Below, one piece after another: positions 29,572 to 39,840 of a stretch of 64,000 nt of DNA. Origin of the DNA: an uncultured delta proteobacterium (lineage in GTDB: Bacteria > Myxococcota > Myxococcia > Myxococcales > Myxococcaceae). Each line of letters begins with the position of its first letter. The stretch's first letter is position 1. Position numbers and translations under genes: made by a program. Where the stretch lies: the NCBI GenBank assembly GCA_963771175.1, contig CAVYSY010000033.1:128001-192000 (forward strand), written 5' to 3'. The notes under the pieces were generated by a model. It had not been told where the DNA came from, made no database searches, and saw only the letters and a program-made list of their open reading frames with translations.

Positions 29572-31357
29572 ATGCCACTGACACCATTCGAGACCCCGTA
29601 TCTGTTCTTCACTGGCAAGGGAGGGGTGGGCAAGACATCGCTCGCATGCGCGACAGCCATCCATCTGGCGGATGCGGGCAGACGCGTGCTGCTCGTCAGC
29701 ACGGACCCGGCCTCCAACCTGGATGAGATGCTGGGCGTTGAGCTGTCGCGCCAGCCGAGGGCCATTCTCGGGTGTCCCGGGCCTGATGGCGCTCAACATC
29801 GACCCCGAGGCCGCCGCCGAGGCCTACCGGGAGCGTGTCATCGCCCCCTACCGCGGGCAGGTTCCCGAGAAGGAGGTGGAGAAGATTCGCGAGGAGCTGT
29901 CCGGCGCCTGCACCACCGAGATCGCCGCGTTCGACGAATTCGCGGGGCTCCTCGAAGAGACGTGGCGCCAACAATTCGACCACGTGGTGTTCGACACGGC
30001 CCCGACAGGACACACCCTGCGGTTGCTCAGCCTGCCCCGGGCCTGGACCCATTTCCTCGACAACAACACCCGTGGCGCCTCCTGCCTCGGACCCCACTCG
30101 GGGCTCACGATGCAGCGGGATCGCTTCGCCGCGGCCCTCGCCGCCCTCTCCGATCCCCACCTCACGACAGTCGTGCTCTGCACGCGGCCGGAGCGGGCGG
30201 CACTCCAGGAGGCGGAACGAACCTCCAGCGAGTTACGCGCCCTGGGGCTGGCCCACCAGCGACTGATCATCAACGGTGTCTTCCGGGCGACGAACCCGTC
30301 CGATCCCGTCGCCCTGGCCATCGAGGACCGGGAGAGGCAGGCACTCGCGCGGATGCCGCCAGCGCTCCATTCGCTCCCCACTGAAGAGGTGCCGCTGCGG
30401 GCCTTCAACATGCTCGGCATCGAACGCCTCCGGGCCTTGCTCGACTCCACGCAGCCGCCTCTCGGCGCCGGGCTCCCGGAGCTACCGCCCCTCCCCACGC
30501 GCTCGCTCTCCGGGCTCATCGACGAGCTCGCCGCGCCCGGCCATGGGCTCATCCTCGTCATGGGCAAGGGCGGCGTCGGAAAGACCACGCTCGCCTGCGC
30601 CATCGCCGCGGAGCTCGCCACCCGAGGCCACCACGTCCACCTGAGCACCACGGATCCTGCGGCCCATGTCGCCTCGACCCTCGCGGGCACCCTTCCGAAC
30701 CTCGAGGTGAGCCGGATCGATCCACGCGCCGAGACCCAGGCCTATATCGAGAAGACCCTGCGCCGCCGTGAAGCGGAGCTGGATGAGGAGGGCCGCGCGC
30801 TCCTGCTGGAGGACCTGGCCTCCCCCTGCACCGAGGAGGTCGCTGTCTTCCACGCATTCTCCCACCTCGTCTCCGAGGCACGCTCCTCGTTCGTGGTGCT
30901 CGATACGGCCCCGACGGGCCACACACTCCTCCTGCTCGACGCCACCGGTGCCTACCACCGGCAGATGACGCGCACCCTGCGGCCAGAACATGGGAGGCTG
31001 ATCACACCGCTCATGCGCCTGCAAGACCCGGCCTACACCCGCCTCCTCCTGGTCGCGCTCCCCGAGACGACTCCCGTCTCGGAGGCCGCGCACCTGCAAG
31101 AGGATCTCCGCCGCGCGGGCATCGAACCCTGGGCATGGCTCATCAACAACAGCCTGCTCGCCACGGGCAGCGAGGATCCCCTCCTGCGCGAGCGGATGAG
31201 GGCCGAGGTCGAGCAGGTGGTCCGGGTGGCGCGCGACCAGGCCCGGCGCGTCGTGCTCGTCCCGTGGATGGCCGAGGAGCCCACGGGGTTGGAGCGGCTC
31301 CACGCACTCGTGGACCACGGAGCCCCGGGCAAGCCGCAGCCCCTTCAGAGCCCGTGA
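29572..31357 (+). CDS. arsA: Arsenical pump-driving ATPase (indel near 29770)
   Basis: Two halves, each with GKGGVGKT and DTAPTGH; STDPA; SGACTTE, ASCLGP and SPCTEE metalloid-binding cysteines. Confidence 0.93.
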
Positions 31358-31394
31358 AGCGGAGGGGCTCGTGACCGGCTCCCGGGCCGGCGCG

Positions 31395-32417
31395 TCAGAA
31401 CGCGAGGACCACTCGCCCCTCGAGCTCGCCGGACTTCATCCGCGCGAAGATGTCATTGATGGACTCCAGCGGCGCCTGGGTGAAGGTGGTTCGGACCTTG
31501 CCCTCCGCCCCGAACTGGAGCGCCTCGGCGAGATCGGCGCGCGAGCCCACGATGGAGCCCCGGATCGTCAACCGCTTGAGCACCACGTCGAAGATGTGCG
31601 CGGTGAAGTCGCCCGGAGGCAGACCGACCAGCACCACCGTGCCCCGCCGACGTACCATGCCAACGGCCTGGGAGAAGGCCTGTGGAGAGACGGCCGTGAC
31701 GAGCACCGCGTGAGCACCGCCGAGCTCGTTCGCCACCCGGGCCACGGGGTCCTCCTGCCGCGCGTTGATGGTGAGCTCGGCGCCCAGGCGACGGGCCAGG
31801 GCCAGCTTGCCGTCGGCGACATCCACCGCGGCCACGTGCAGTCCCATGGCCCGGGCGTACTGCACCGCCATGTGGCCCAGCCCGCCGATGCCGGAGATGA
31901 CGACCCACTGGCCCGGCCGCGCCTCCGTCTCCTTGAGCCCCTTGTAGACGGTGACTCCCGCGCAGAGCAGGGGCGCCCCCTCGGCGAAGCCCACTCCCTT
32001 CGGCAGGTGGCCCACGTACTGGGCATCGGCCAGGATGTATTCGGCATAGCCCCCGTTGACGGAGTAGCCGGTGTTCTTCTGCTCCGGGCACACCGTCTCC
32101 CAGCCGGTGACGCAATACTCGCAGTGCCCGCATGCCGTGTAGAGCCAGGGCACGCCCACCCGGTCCCCCTCGCGCACCGCCCGCACGCCAGGCCCCACCG
32201 AGGCCACCGTCCCCACCCCCTCGTGCCCCGGAATGAAGGGGAGGGAAGGCTTGGCCGGCCAGTCGCCCTGTGCCGCGTGCAGGTCCGTATGGCAGACGCC
32301 GCAGGCGGCCACCTTGACCAGCGCCTGCCCCGGACCGGGCGTCGGAATGGGAACCTCCTCGATGGATAGGGGCTGGCCGAAGGCGTGGACGACCGCGGCC
32401 TTCATGGTGTCGGGCAT
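31395..32417 (-). CDS. adhP: Zn-dependent alcohol dehydrogenase (propanol-preferring)
   Basis: [40 protein letters not shown]. Confidence 0.93.
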   Translation of the reverse strand: MPDTMKAAVVHAFGQPLSIEEVPIPTPGPGQALVKVAACGVCHTDLHAAQGDWPAKPSLPFIPGHEGVGTVASVGPGVRAVREGDRVGVPWLYTACGHCEYCVTGWETVCPEQKNTGYSVNGGYAEYILADAQYVGHLPKGVGFAEGAPLLCAGVTVYKGLKETEARPGQWVVISGIGGLGHMAVQYARAMGLHVAAVDVADGKLALARRLGAELTINARQEDPVARVANELGGAHAVLVTAVSPQAFSQAVGMVRRRGTVVLVGLPPGDFTAHIFDVVLKRLTIRGSIVGSRADLAEALQFGAEGKVRTTFTQAPLESINDIFARMKSGELEGRVVLAF

Positions 32418-32523
32418 GGCGTACCTCCCTCACCACATGAATGGGGCCGGTACCCGCCCTCGTGAACCTTCAGCGAGCAGCCATGAAAGCGTGAGGCGGC
32501 CCGCCCCGACGGCGACGGCCCGC

Positions 32524-32943
32524 TCAACCTGGGGAGGGAGACGCCCGCAGCCAGCCCTCGCGGGCCAGGAACGCCGACACGCGCGAGCGCACCTCGTCGC
32601 GAATCTCGCGCACCCGCTCGACCGGCTTGCCCTTGGGGTCCTCCAGCGGCCAGTCGTCGCGCTTCAGGCCGGGCACGTGCGGACAGGCCTCGCCGCAGCC
32701 CATGGTGATGAGCCACTGCGCGCCCTGGGCCAGCTCGTCCGTGAGGCGCTGCGGCTTCGCGCCCGACAGGTCGATGCCCACCTCGGCCATGGCGGCCTGC
32801 ACCTCCGGGTGCACACGCTCGCCGGGCTGCGTGCCGGCGGATACGCCGCGCGCCTTGTCCGGAGCGGCCAGCGCGTTGAAGAAGGCCGCCGCCATCTGCG
32901 AGCGGCCGGCGTTGTGGACACAGGCGAAGATGACCGTCTTCAT
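32524..32943 (-). CDS. arsC: Arsenate reductase (LMW-PTP fold)
   Basis: CVHNAGRSQMA P-loop, GCGEACP, DWPLEDP; coupled to acr3. Confidence 0.92.
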   Translation of the reverse strand: MKTVIFACVHNAGRSQMAAAFFNALAAPDKARGVSAGTQPGERVHPEVQAAMAEVGIDLSGAKPQRLTDELAQGAQWLITMGCGEACPHVPGLKRDDWPLEDPKGKPVERVREIRDEVRSRVSAFLAREGWLRASPSPG

Positions 32944-34074
32944 ACACTCTCCTGGGTGGAGGCGGGTTTCCGCTCACCGAAGCGGCGGGGCAGGACGACG
33001 GACTCCGACTGAGGGAAGAGCCGGCGCCGCAGCCACAGCGACAGGTAGACGAGCGCGATGAGCGCGGGCACCTCGATGAGCGGCCCCACCACGCCCGCCA
33101 GCGCCTCGCCCGAGGCCATGCCGAACACCCCCACCGCCACCGCGATGGCCAGCTCGAAGTTGTTGCCCGCCGCGGTGAAGGACAGCGAGGCCGTCTCCTC
33201 GTAGCTGAAGCCCAGCTTGCGCGAGAGGAAGAAGGCCGAGGCGAACATGATGATGAAGTAGAGCATCAGCGGGAGGGAGATGCGCACCACGTCCAGCGGC
33301 AGGCGGGTGATCTTCTCCCCCTGCATCGCGAACATCAGCACGATGGTGTAGAGCAGCCCGAGCAGCGCGGTGGGCCCCAGGCGCGGCAGGAACTCGTCTC
33401 GTACCACTCCTCGCCCTTGCGCCGGGTGAGTCCGAGCCGGGTGAGCGCCCCCGCGACCAGCGGCACGCCGAGGAAGATGAGCACGCTCTTGGCGATGCTC
33501 CACATGGACACGTCGAAGGCGGTCCCCTCGGCGCCGAGCCAGCCGGGGACGACGGTGAGGAAGAACCAGCCGAGCACCGAGTAGAAGAGGATCTGGAAGA
33601 CGGAGTTGAGCGCCACCAGCACGCGCGGCCATCTCGTTGCTGCCGCAGGCGAGCATGTTCCAGATCAGCACCATGGCGATGCAGCGCGCCAGGCCGATGA
33701 GGATGAGGCCCGTGCGGTAGTGCGGCAGATCCGGCAGCAGCAGCCACGCCAGCGCGAACATCAGCACCGGCCCGACCACCCAGTTGAGGAAGAGCGAGAC
33801 GCCGAAGAGCTTGCCGCGCGCGCGCAGCCGGCCCAGCTCGCCGTAGCGCACCTTCGCCAGCACCGGGTACATCATCCACAGCAGGCCGATGCGCGATGGG
33901 CAGCGACACGCGTGTCCAGCTTCACCGTGTCCAGCCGCGCGCCGAGGTCCGGGAAGGCCCGCCCCAGGCCGATGCCCGAGCGCCATGGCGGCGAAGATCC
34001 AGACCGGCAGGAAGCCGGTCGATGAACGAGAGTTTCCTGACGACGCTGTCGGAGGATGCAGCCGCGGTGGTCAT
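32940..34074 (-). CDS. acr3: Acr3-family arsenite efflux transporter (several indels)
   Basis: [51 protein letters not shown]. Confidence 0.92.
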
Positions 34075-34117
34075 GGTGTACGGGAACTCCAAAGGGGAAG
34101 GTCCGGCGAGGCGCACC

Positions 34118-34483
34118 TCACCGGCATGAATCGGGGCCTCGCGCCGCCAGGAGGCGCTCCACGTCCTGCTTCAGCACCTCGCGCCGGCCGAAGGCGGAGA
34201 CCAGCGTCTTGAGCTGCTGCTTGCTGAGCTCGTCCAGTTGCGGAGCCAGCCGGTAGTAGACCCAGCTCCCCTCCCGGCGAGACTCGACGATGCCGGCCGA
34301 GCGCAGCACGCCGAGCTGGCGCGACGCGTTGGGCTGCGAGAGCCCCAGCGCCGACTCGAAGTGGCAGACGCACAGCTCCCCATGGGAGAGCAGCGCGACG
34401 ATGCGCAGGCGCGTCTCGTCCCCCAGTGCCTTGAAGAAGCGGGAGGCCTGGCGGACGTCCAGGGTGGCAACGGCGGTGGACAT
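34118..34483 (-). CDS. arsR: ArsR/SmtB transcriptional repressor
   Basis: FKALGDETRLRI, ELCVC As(III) box, RREGSWVYY. Confidence 0.92.
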   Translation of the reverse strand: MSTAVATLDVRQASRFFKALGDETRLRIVALLSHGELCVCHFESALGLSQPNASRQLGVLRSAGIVESRREGSWVYYRLAPQLDELSKQQLKTLVSAFGRREVLKQDVERLLAARGPDSCR

Positions 34484-34486
34484 GAC

Positions 34487-34508
34487 GACATAACAATATT
34501 CGAATGTC
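34487..34508 (-). promoter_or_regulatory. Putative ArsR operator
   Basis: AT-rich inverted repeat GACAT-N12-ATGTC ending 3 nt before the arsR ATG. Confidence 0.6.
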
Positions 34509-34530
34509 CTTCTGCCGCAATCCCCCCCGG

Positions 34531-34546
34531 GTCACATCTGTGTGAC
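34531..34546. other. Perfect inverted repeat GTCACA-TCTG-TGTGAC (operator or terminator stem)
   Basis: Lies between the di-heme gene stop and the arsR promoter. Confidence 0.4.
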
Positions 34547-34596
34547 GGGACTGGCTCCCTACCCACCAGGCAGAGAGAGGCCCCGGAGCAGCCGGC

Positions 34597-36231
34597 TCAC
34601 TCCCAGTCGAGCAGCAGCCGGCCGTCCGTGAAATAGCGGCCCGTGGCCTCCAGCTCGGTGGAGCCGTTCTCCACCTGGGGGTGGACGTTCTTCGGAGGGG
34701 CCAGCAGCGTGTCGCGGCCCCTGGCGAAGGACTGCTCACGCACCAGCGCGAGGTAGGCCTTGTTCAGCGCCAGGGCCCGCTCGCGCGAGGGCGCGACGAG
34801 GAAGGACAGGTCCTTGTCCCCACCCTTCGCGGCCCGCCGCACCGTGGCCTCGTCCAGGACGCCATTGGGGAAGAAGCGCGTGAGGAGTTCCTCGTTGGCT
34901 CGGAACTCGTCACCACCTCGCACGCGCTCGAAGTACGTCAGCACCTCCGGCTTGGAGTGCCCGTTCTGCGGCACGTCGGGAATGCCCCGCACGTCCTGGT
35001 GCCGCCAGCCCTCCTTGCCCGGCACCTTGCGCGGAAAGGCGAACGTCTGATCCATCGTGACGCCGATGTTGGAGTGGCACCCCATGCAGAAGAGGTGCTC
35101 CTCGTACGTCTGCTTGCGCAGGCGCCCCCGGTCATCCTCGATGAAGCCCTCGAGCTGCCAGCCGAACTCGTTGAGCAGCCCCACCTCGGCGTTCCCGGCG
35201 AACACCGGCAGCTTGCCCCGCTGCTTGTCCTCGAACTCATTCTCGTAGGCGGCCATCGTGCGCCAGGCGTCCGGCTGTTCCACCTTGCGCGAGTAGCGCA
35301 GCTCCTTCATCCGCGCGGACAGGAGCGAGGGCGCGTCCGGGTCCACGTAGCGCACCGAGTGGAGGAACTCGGTACCGCCGGGGTACACGTACGTCACCCG
35401 CTTCACCGAGGCCGCGCCTCCCACGTACTGGCCCGGGAAGCCGCGAATCTCCGTCACGCCCGCGCGCAGCTCCCCATCCCCGTCCAGGTCCACCCCCGCC
35501 ACCCGCTCGTCCAGCGGCTCCACCGTGCGGCGCAGCTTGGAGGCCTCCGTCTCGTAGGGGCGCACCGTCATGGCCGCTTCGAGCAGCGACAGGTTGATGC
35601 GGTACACCTCGCGCGACGGCTGGCCGCTGGCATCGCGGCGGAAGGACTCCGGCAGGCGGATGAAGACGTCGTCCGTGCTGCCGTTGGTGGGCCAGAAGGT
35701 GCCGAGGAAGGGCTTGTAGCGCACCGCGCGCCAGCCGCTGCCGTCACGCGCGAAGCCGTCCTCGTCGAAGCCCTGGGAGAAATCCAGGTCCGGCTTGTAG
35801 CCGAGGTAGCCCTCACGCCCCTCCAGGGCCTCGCGCAGGGGCGTGTAGTTGTCCTCCCGGACCCAGGCGAGGATCTCCTCGTCGGAGAGCCCCGCCAGGG
35901 TCGCCGAGCGATCGGCGAACAGGTTGGTCCAGTGGTTCTTCAGCCCGAAGTCCGAGAAGGCGTACTCGGACTGCAGGGCGGCGTCGTTCGCCGTGTTGAG
36001 ACCGACGCCCTGGGTGTGACACGTCCAGCAGGGATTCGAGACACCCGCCGTCTTCGTGTAGCACATGGAGGGGATGGGAGCCTCCCGGTTCTCCACCCGC
36101 TCTCCCGCGGCCCGGGCCACGGCGAGCGGATCATACGAAGGCCGCCGGAGAACGGCGAGGGCGGCGATCACTGCTCCCAACCCGAGGAGCACCAGCGCTC
36201 CTCGGGAGACAGGCTTCACGACAGGCGACAT
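34597..36231 (-). CDS. Uncharacterised membrane-anchored putative di-heme c protein
   Basis: N-terminal TM; CWTCH and CMGCH; DLDGDGEL DxDxDG loop; starts 34 nt after the phoX stop. Confidence 0.8.
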   Translation of the reverse strand: MSPVVKPVSRGALVLLGLGAVIAALAVLRRPSYDPLAVARAAGERVENREAPIPSMCYTKTAGVSNPCWTCHTQGVGLNTANDAALQSEYAFSDFGLKNHWTNLFADRSATLAGLSDEEILAWVREDNYTPLREALEGREGYLGYKPDLDFSQGFDEDGFARDGSGWRAVRYKPFLGTFWPTNGSTDDVFIRLPESFRRDASGQPSREVYRINLSLLEAAMTVRPYETEASKLRRTVEPLDERVAGVDLDGDGELRAGVTEIRGFPGQYVGGAASVKRVTYVYPGGTEFLHSVRYVDPDAPSLLSARMKELRYSRKVEQPDAWRTMAAYENEFEDKQRGKLPVFAGNAEVGLLNEFGWQLEGFIEDDRGRLRKQTYEEHLFCMGCHSNIGVTMDQTFAFPRKVPGKEGWRHQDVRGIPDVPQNGHSKPEVLTYFERVRGGDEFRANEELLTRFFPNGVLDEATVRRAAKGGDKDLSFLVAPSRERALALNKAYLALVREQSFARGRDTLLAPPKNVHPQVENGSTELEATGRYFTDGRLLLDWE

Positions 36232-36265
36232 TGCTTCGAACCTCGGACAGCGGACTTCGGTTGGA

Positions 36266-38752
36266 TTACTTCGTGTACGGCCAGGCGCTGAACACGGCCT
36301 CGCCCGGGTGCTGGACGTTGAAGAACAGCGTCCGCATGTCCGGGGTGAACGCGGGGCCGGTGGCCTCGGCGTCGGAGGGCGTGGCCACCACGCGGAAGGC
36401 CTTGCCGTAGGTCTTTCCGACGTGGGCCGGGTTCAGGTCCAGGTAGTAGATGGAGTCCGAGGCGCCGTTGGCGTCGAAGTTGCCGTCGGTGCCGAACCAC
36501 ACGCCGCCCTGGCGGTCGATGGCGATGTTGTCCGGCTTGGACGCGTCGTAGAGCGCGTCATACCCGGCATCGCCCTTCTTCTTGCCCTTCCACACCCGGA
36601 AGTAGGTGAAGGCCGTCGAGGCGCCAGGAGAGGACGGATCCGCCTCGCGCACCGCGAAGATGCCACCGGACTTCTCGGTGGAGCGGCCCGACTTCTCCTC
36701 GGGGGAGGCGCTGTCGCGGGTACGCGTCACCCACGTGCCATCGCCAGCAACGGACGGCGCGGCGGTGATGAGGGTGCCGTCCTGACGCAGGGCCGTGGTG
36801 GTGCCGTGCTCGGTGAAGGCGATGTAGAGCAGCGGAGTGCCGCTCGGGTCCTTCGGGTTCCACTCCAGGTCCTCGGGCCGGTTGAGCTCCATCACGCCCA
36901 GCTTGTTGGAGGCGGTGAAGAGCGCGCGGCGGACCTCGTCGTCGTTGGGGAAGCCGCCCAGGCCGTTGTAGCTGACGTCCTTCAACGCCTGGCCCACGGT
37001 GTAGTCGGGATAGGTGTAGTCGGTGGTGCCGTCCGACATCTTGACCGTCTTGCCGGCGTTGGGCGCCTTGTCCGTCTCGTTGTTCACGGACAGCTCGATC
37101 CACTTGCCCTGGCCCGGCACCTCGGCGGTGGGGGCGACGGAGGCGCCGCCCTTGAGGATCTCCATGCCGTTGAGGTTGTCGAGGTCCGCGAAGTGGGCGA
37201 CGTACAGCTTGCCGGTGTCGAGCAGCTGGCGGATCTGCTCGCGCGTCATGCCCGCGGTGTAGTTGCCGCTGGAGACGAACTTGTAGATGCGACCGCTGCG
37301 GCGGTCGTCACCGGAGTAGATGACGATGGGCTTGTTGGGCACCAGCTTGAAGTCCGCGCCGACGGCGAAGGTGGCGTTCTCCCAGCGCGCGCGGCCCATG
37401 CCGCCCAGCTTGCGGTGGCCGACGCCCGCGGTCGTCTTGCCGTAGTACTCCTGCGGGCCCACCGTCAGGTCCATCTCCACCAGGTAGCCGTGCATGTCAC
37501 GGTTGTGGCGGGCGTTGGTCGAGCCCGAGTCGGTGGTGGGATAGGGGCTGAAGTCACCCGTGGTGCTCGGCGTCACCACCGGGGTGATGGTGGAGCCGGC
37601 CAGGAAGGTGTTCGGGTTCTCGCCCGTGGTGGTGAAGACGAGGTTGTTGCTGCTGCTCCAAGCGGTCTCCAGGTCACCGTAGGAGCCCTGGACGTTCTCC
37701 TCGGCGGTGATGAGGGTGCCCCACGGCGTCTGGCCACCGGAGCAGTCCGATTGGATGCCGGCCACCACGCCATCGGGCAGCGGATTGCCCGAGTCGTCAT
37801 GGTCCACGCCGGAGAGGGTCTGGCCCACCACCTTCACCAGCGTGTTGCTGGTGGCATCGAAGCGCCGGGCGTTCGCGGTGAGGTCCACGTTCCACTCGCC
37901 CGTGCGCGCATCCTGCACGACGCGGAAGTACGAGCCGCCCACCTGCCGCTTCCAGTGGTTGCCGTAGTCCGCGAGGTCCTGCTGCGACCAGGCGGCGGCG
38001 GTGACGTCGTTGTTCAGCGCGCCGAAGCTCTTGAGGAACCGGGCGAGCGTCAGGTGCTGGCCCATGGGCGCCGCGGTGGCCTTGGGACGCGAGTTGGAGA
38101 TGTACTCGTGGTTGACCCACACCCAGCCAGCGGTGCCGCTGCCGCTGTACACGGGCGAGAGGTTGCCGCCGGCGTTCCAGTCGTCGCCGAAGAAGGCGAT
38201 GTAGTCGCCGTTGGCGCCAAAGCGCGGCGCCTTCACCGGATCGTAGTTGTTGTTGTCCGCGTCCCCATCGGCATAGCTGAGGGGATCCATCCACTTGGTG
38301 ACGACGGTGGAGTGGACGCCCTGCACCGTGCGCACGTTGTCCGTGGCGGCGGAGGGCAGCGGGAAGGAGACCCCCGCGGGGAGCGTGCCAGCGGCCACCT
38401 GGTCCACGCGCGCCTTCACGTAGTCCGCGAGCGTCTCCGCGCCCGTCTCCGCGTCACCCCGGTAGACGATGGCCACCATGGACGACAGCGGCGTGCCCTG
38501 CTCCACGCCCTGGGCGCGCTGCACGTTGCCGAGGCCCGGAATCACCGGAGCCGCCGGCCCCTGGGGACCGGTGGGACCCGTGGGCCCGCTCGTGCCCCCG
38601 ACGCCGTCGGCGCCATCCTTACCGTTGGTACCGTTGACGCCATCCTTGCCGTTGGCACCCGCGGGGCCCTGGGAGCCCTCACAGCCGACTCCAGCCAGGG
38701 CGCTACCGAGGAGGAGCGCGCTCGTGGCGAGGCCCAGAAGACGAGAAGACAT
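36266..38752 (-). CDS. phoX: PhoX-family (DUF839) alkaline phosphatase, lipoprotein with collagen-like linker
   Basis: WVNHEY, DCSGGQTPWGTLITAEEN, GRARWEN, NRPED, PDNI, TDG, AEATGPAFTPD..LFFNVQHPG; lipobox-like AGVGC. Confidence 0.88.
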   Translation of the reverse strand: MSSRLLGLATSALLLGSALAGVGCEGSQGPAGANGKDGVNGTNGKDGADGVGGTSGPTGPTGPQGPAAPVIPGLGNVQRAQGVEQGTPLSSMVAIVYRGDAETGAETLADYVKARVDQVAAGTLPAGVSFPLPSAATDNVRTVQGVHSTVVTKWMDPLSYADGDADNNNYDPVKAPRFGANGDYIAFFGDDWNAGGNLSPVYSGSGTAGWVWVNHEYISNSRPKATAAPMGQHLTLARFLKSFGALNNDVTAAAWSQQDLADYGNHWKRQVGGSYFRVVQDARTGEWNVDLTANARRFDATSNTLVKVVGQTLSGVDHDDSGNPLPDGVVAGIQSDCSGGQTPWGTLITAEENVQGSYGDLETAWSSSNNLVFTTTGENPNTFLAGSTITPVVTPSTTGDFSPYPTTDSGSTNARHNRDMHGYLVEMDLTVGPQEYYGKTTAGVGHRKLGGMGRARWENATFAVGADFKLVPNKPIVIYSGDDRRSGRIYKFVSSGNYTAGMTREQIRQLLDTGKLYVAHFADLDNLNGMEILKGGASVAPTAEVPGQGKWIELSVNNETDKAPNAGKTVKMSDGTTDYTYPDYTVGQALKDVSYNGLGGFPNDDEVRRALFTASNKLGVMELNRPEDLEWNPKDPSGTPLLYIAFTEHGTTTALRQDGTLITAAPSVAGDGTWVTRTRDSASPEEKSGRSTEKSGGIFAVREADPSSPGASTAFTYFRVWKGKKKGDAGYDALYDASKPDNIAIDRQGGVWFGTDGNFDANGASDSIYYLDLNPAHVGKTYGKAFRVVATPSDAEATGPAFTPDMRTLFFNVQHPGEAVFSAWPYTK
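38560..38680 (-). repeat. Collagen-like Gly-X-Y repeats within phoX
   Basis: GSQGPAGANGKDGVNGTNGKDGADGVGGTSGPTGPTGPQGP. Confidence 0.85.
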
Positions 38753-38880
38753 TGAAGATGACCTTCCTGACAGATTGGGGGAAACGCCCGCGGCTCAGGC
38801 ACGGGCTCGCACATCCTGCGAGCCGCGTGTGGCGTTCCCTTGAGGAAGTCGTCACATCTTCATTACGAATGAGGAACGGG

Positions 38881-39419
<539 letters not shown>

Positions 39420-39420
<1 letters not shown>

Positions 39421-39815
39421 CAGCCCATCTGCAGCGGCTTGTTGAGCAGCTTCTCCGCGAGCTGCGTGCCGAGGCTGTCCGCCATCAGCCGCTCCACCAC
39501 GCCCTCGAACTCGGCGCGCTGGTGCTCGTCGTTGTAGATGAAGCGGATGCCCATGCCGGGCTCCTCCACATCCCCCTTGGACCAGACCACCTCGCCGAGC
39601 AGCTCGAAGGGCGCCTCGCGCTGGGGCACGGTGAGCTTGAAGAGGAAGCGCGTCCCGATGGGCAGCGGCTTCTTCGTCTTGATGAAGGTGCCTCCCTTGG
39701 AGATGTTCTTCGTGTAGTCCGCGAAGAACGAGTTGAGCTTCTTGTAGTCGACCTTCAGCTCGATGGGCGCGCGAGCGTACTGGCGGAATTCAGCGCCTGT
39801 CTTCTGTTCGGCCAT
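39420..39815 (-). CDS. Myxobacterial stand-alone PilZ domain protein (TIGR02266-like)
   Basis: RQYAR (RxxxR), NISKGG, GEVVWS, GMGIRF. Confidence 0.9.
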
Positions 39816-39840
39816 TCTGCGTGGAGTATAGGAGAAGGCC

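Noticed and set aside
38851..38866. Possible Pho box (GTCAC-N6-ATTAC) upstream of phoX
   Set aside because: Only two weak half-sites with 11-nt spacing, and I cannot verify the myxobacterial consensus.
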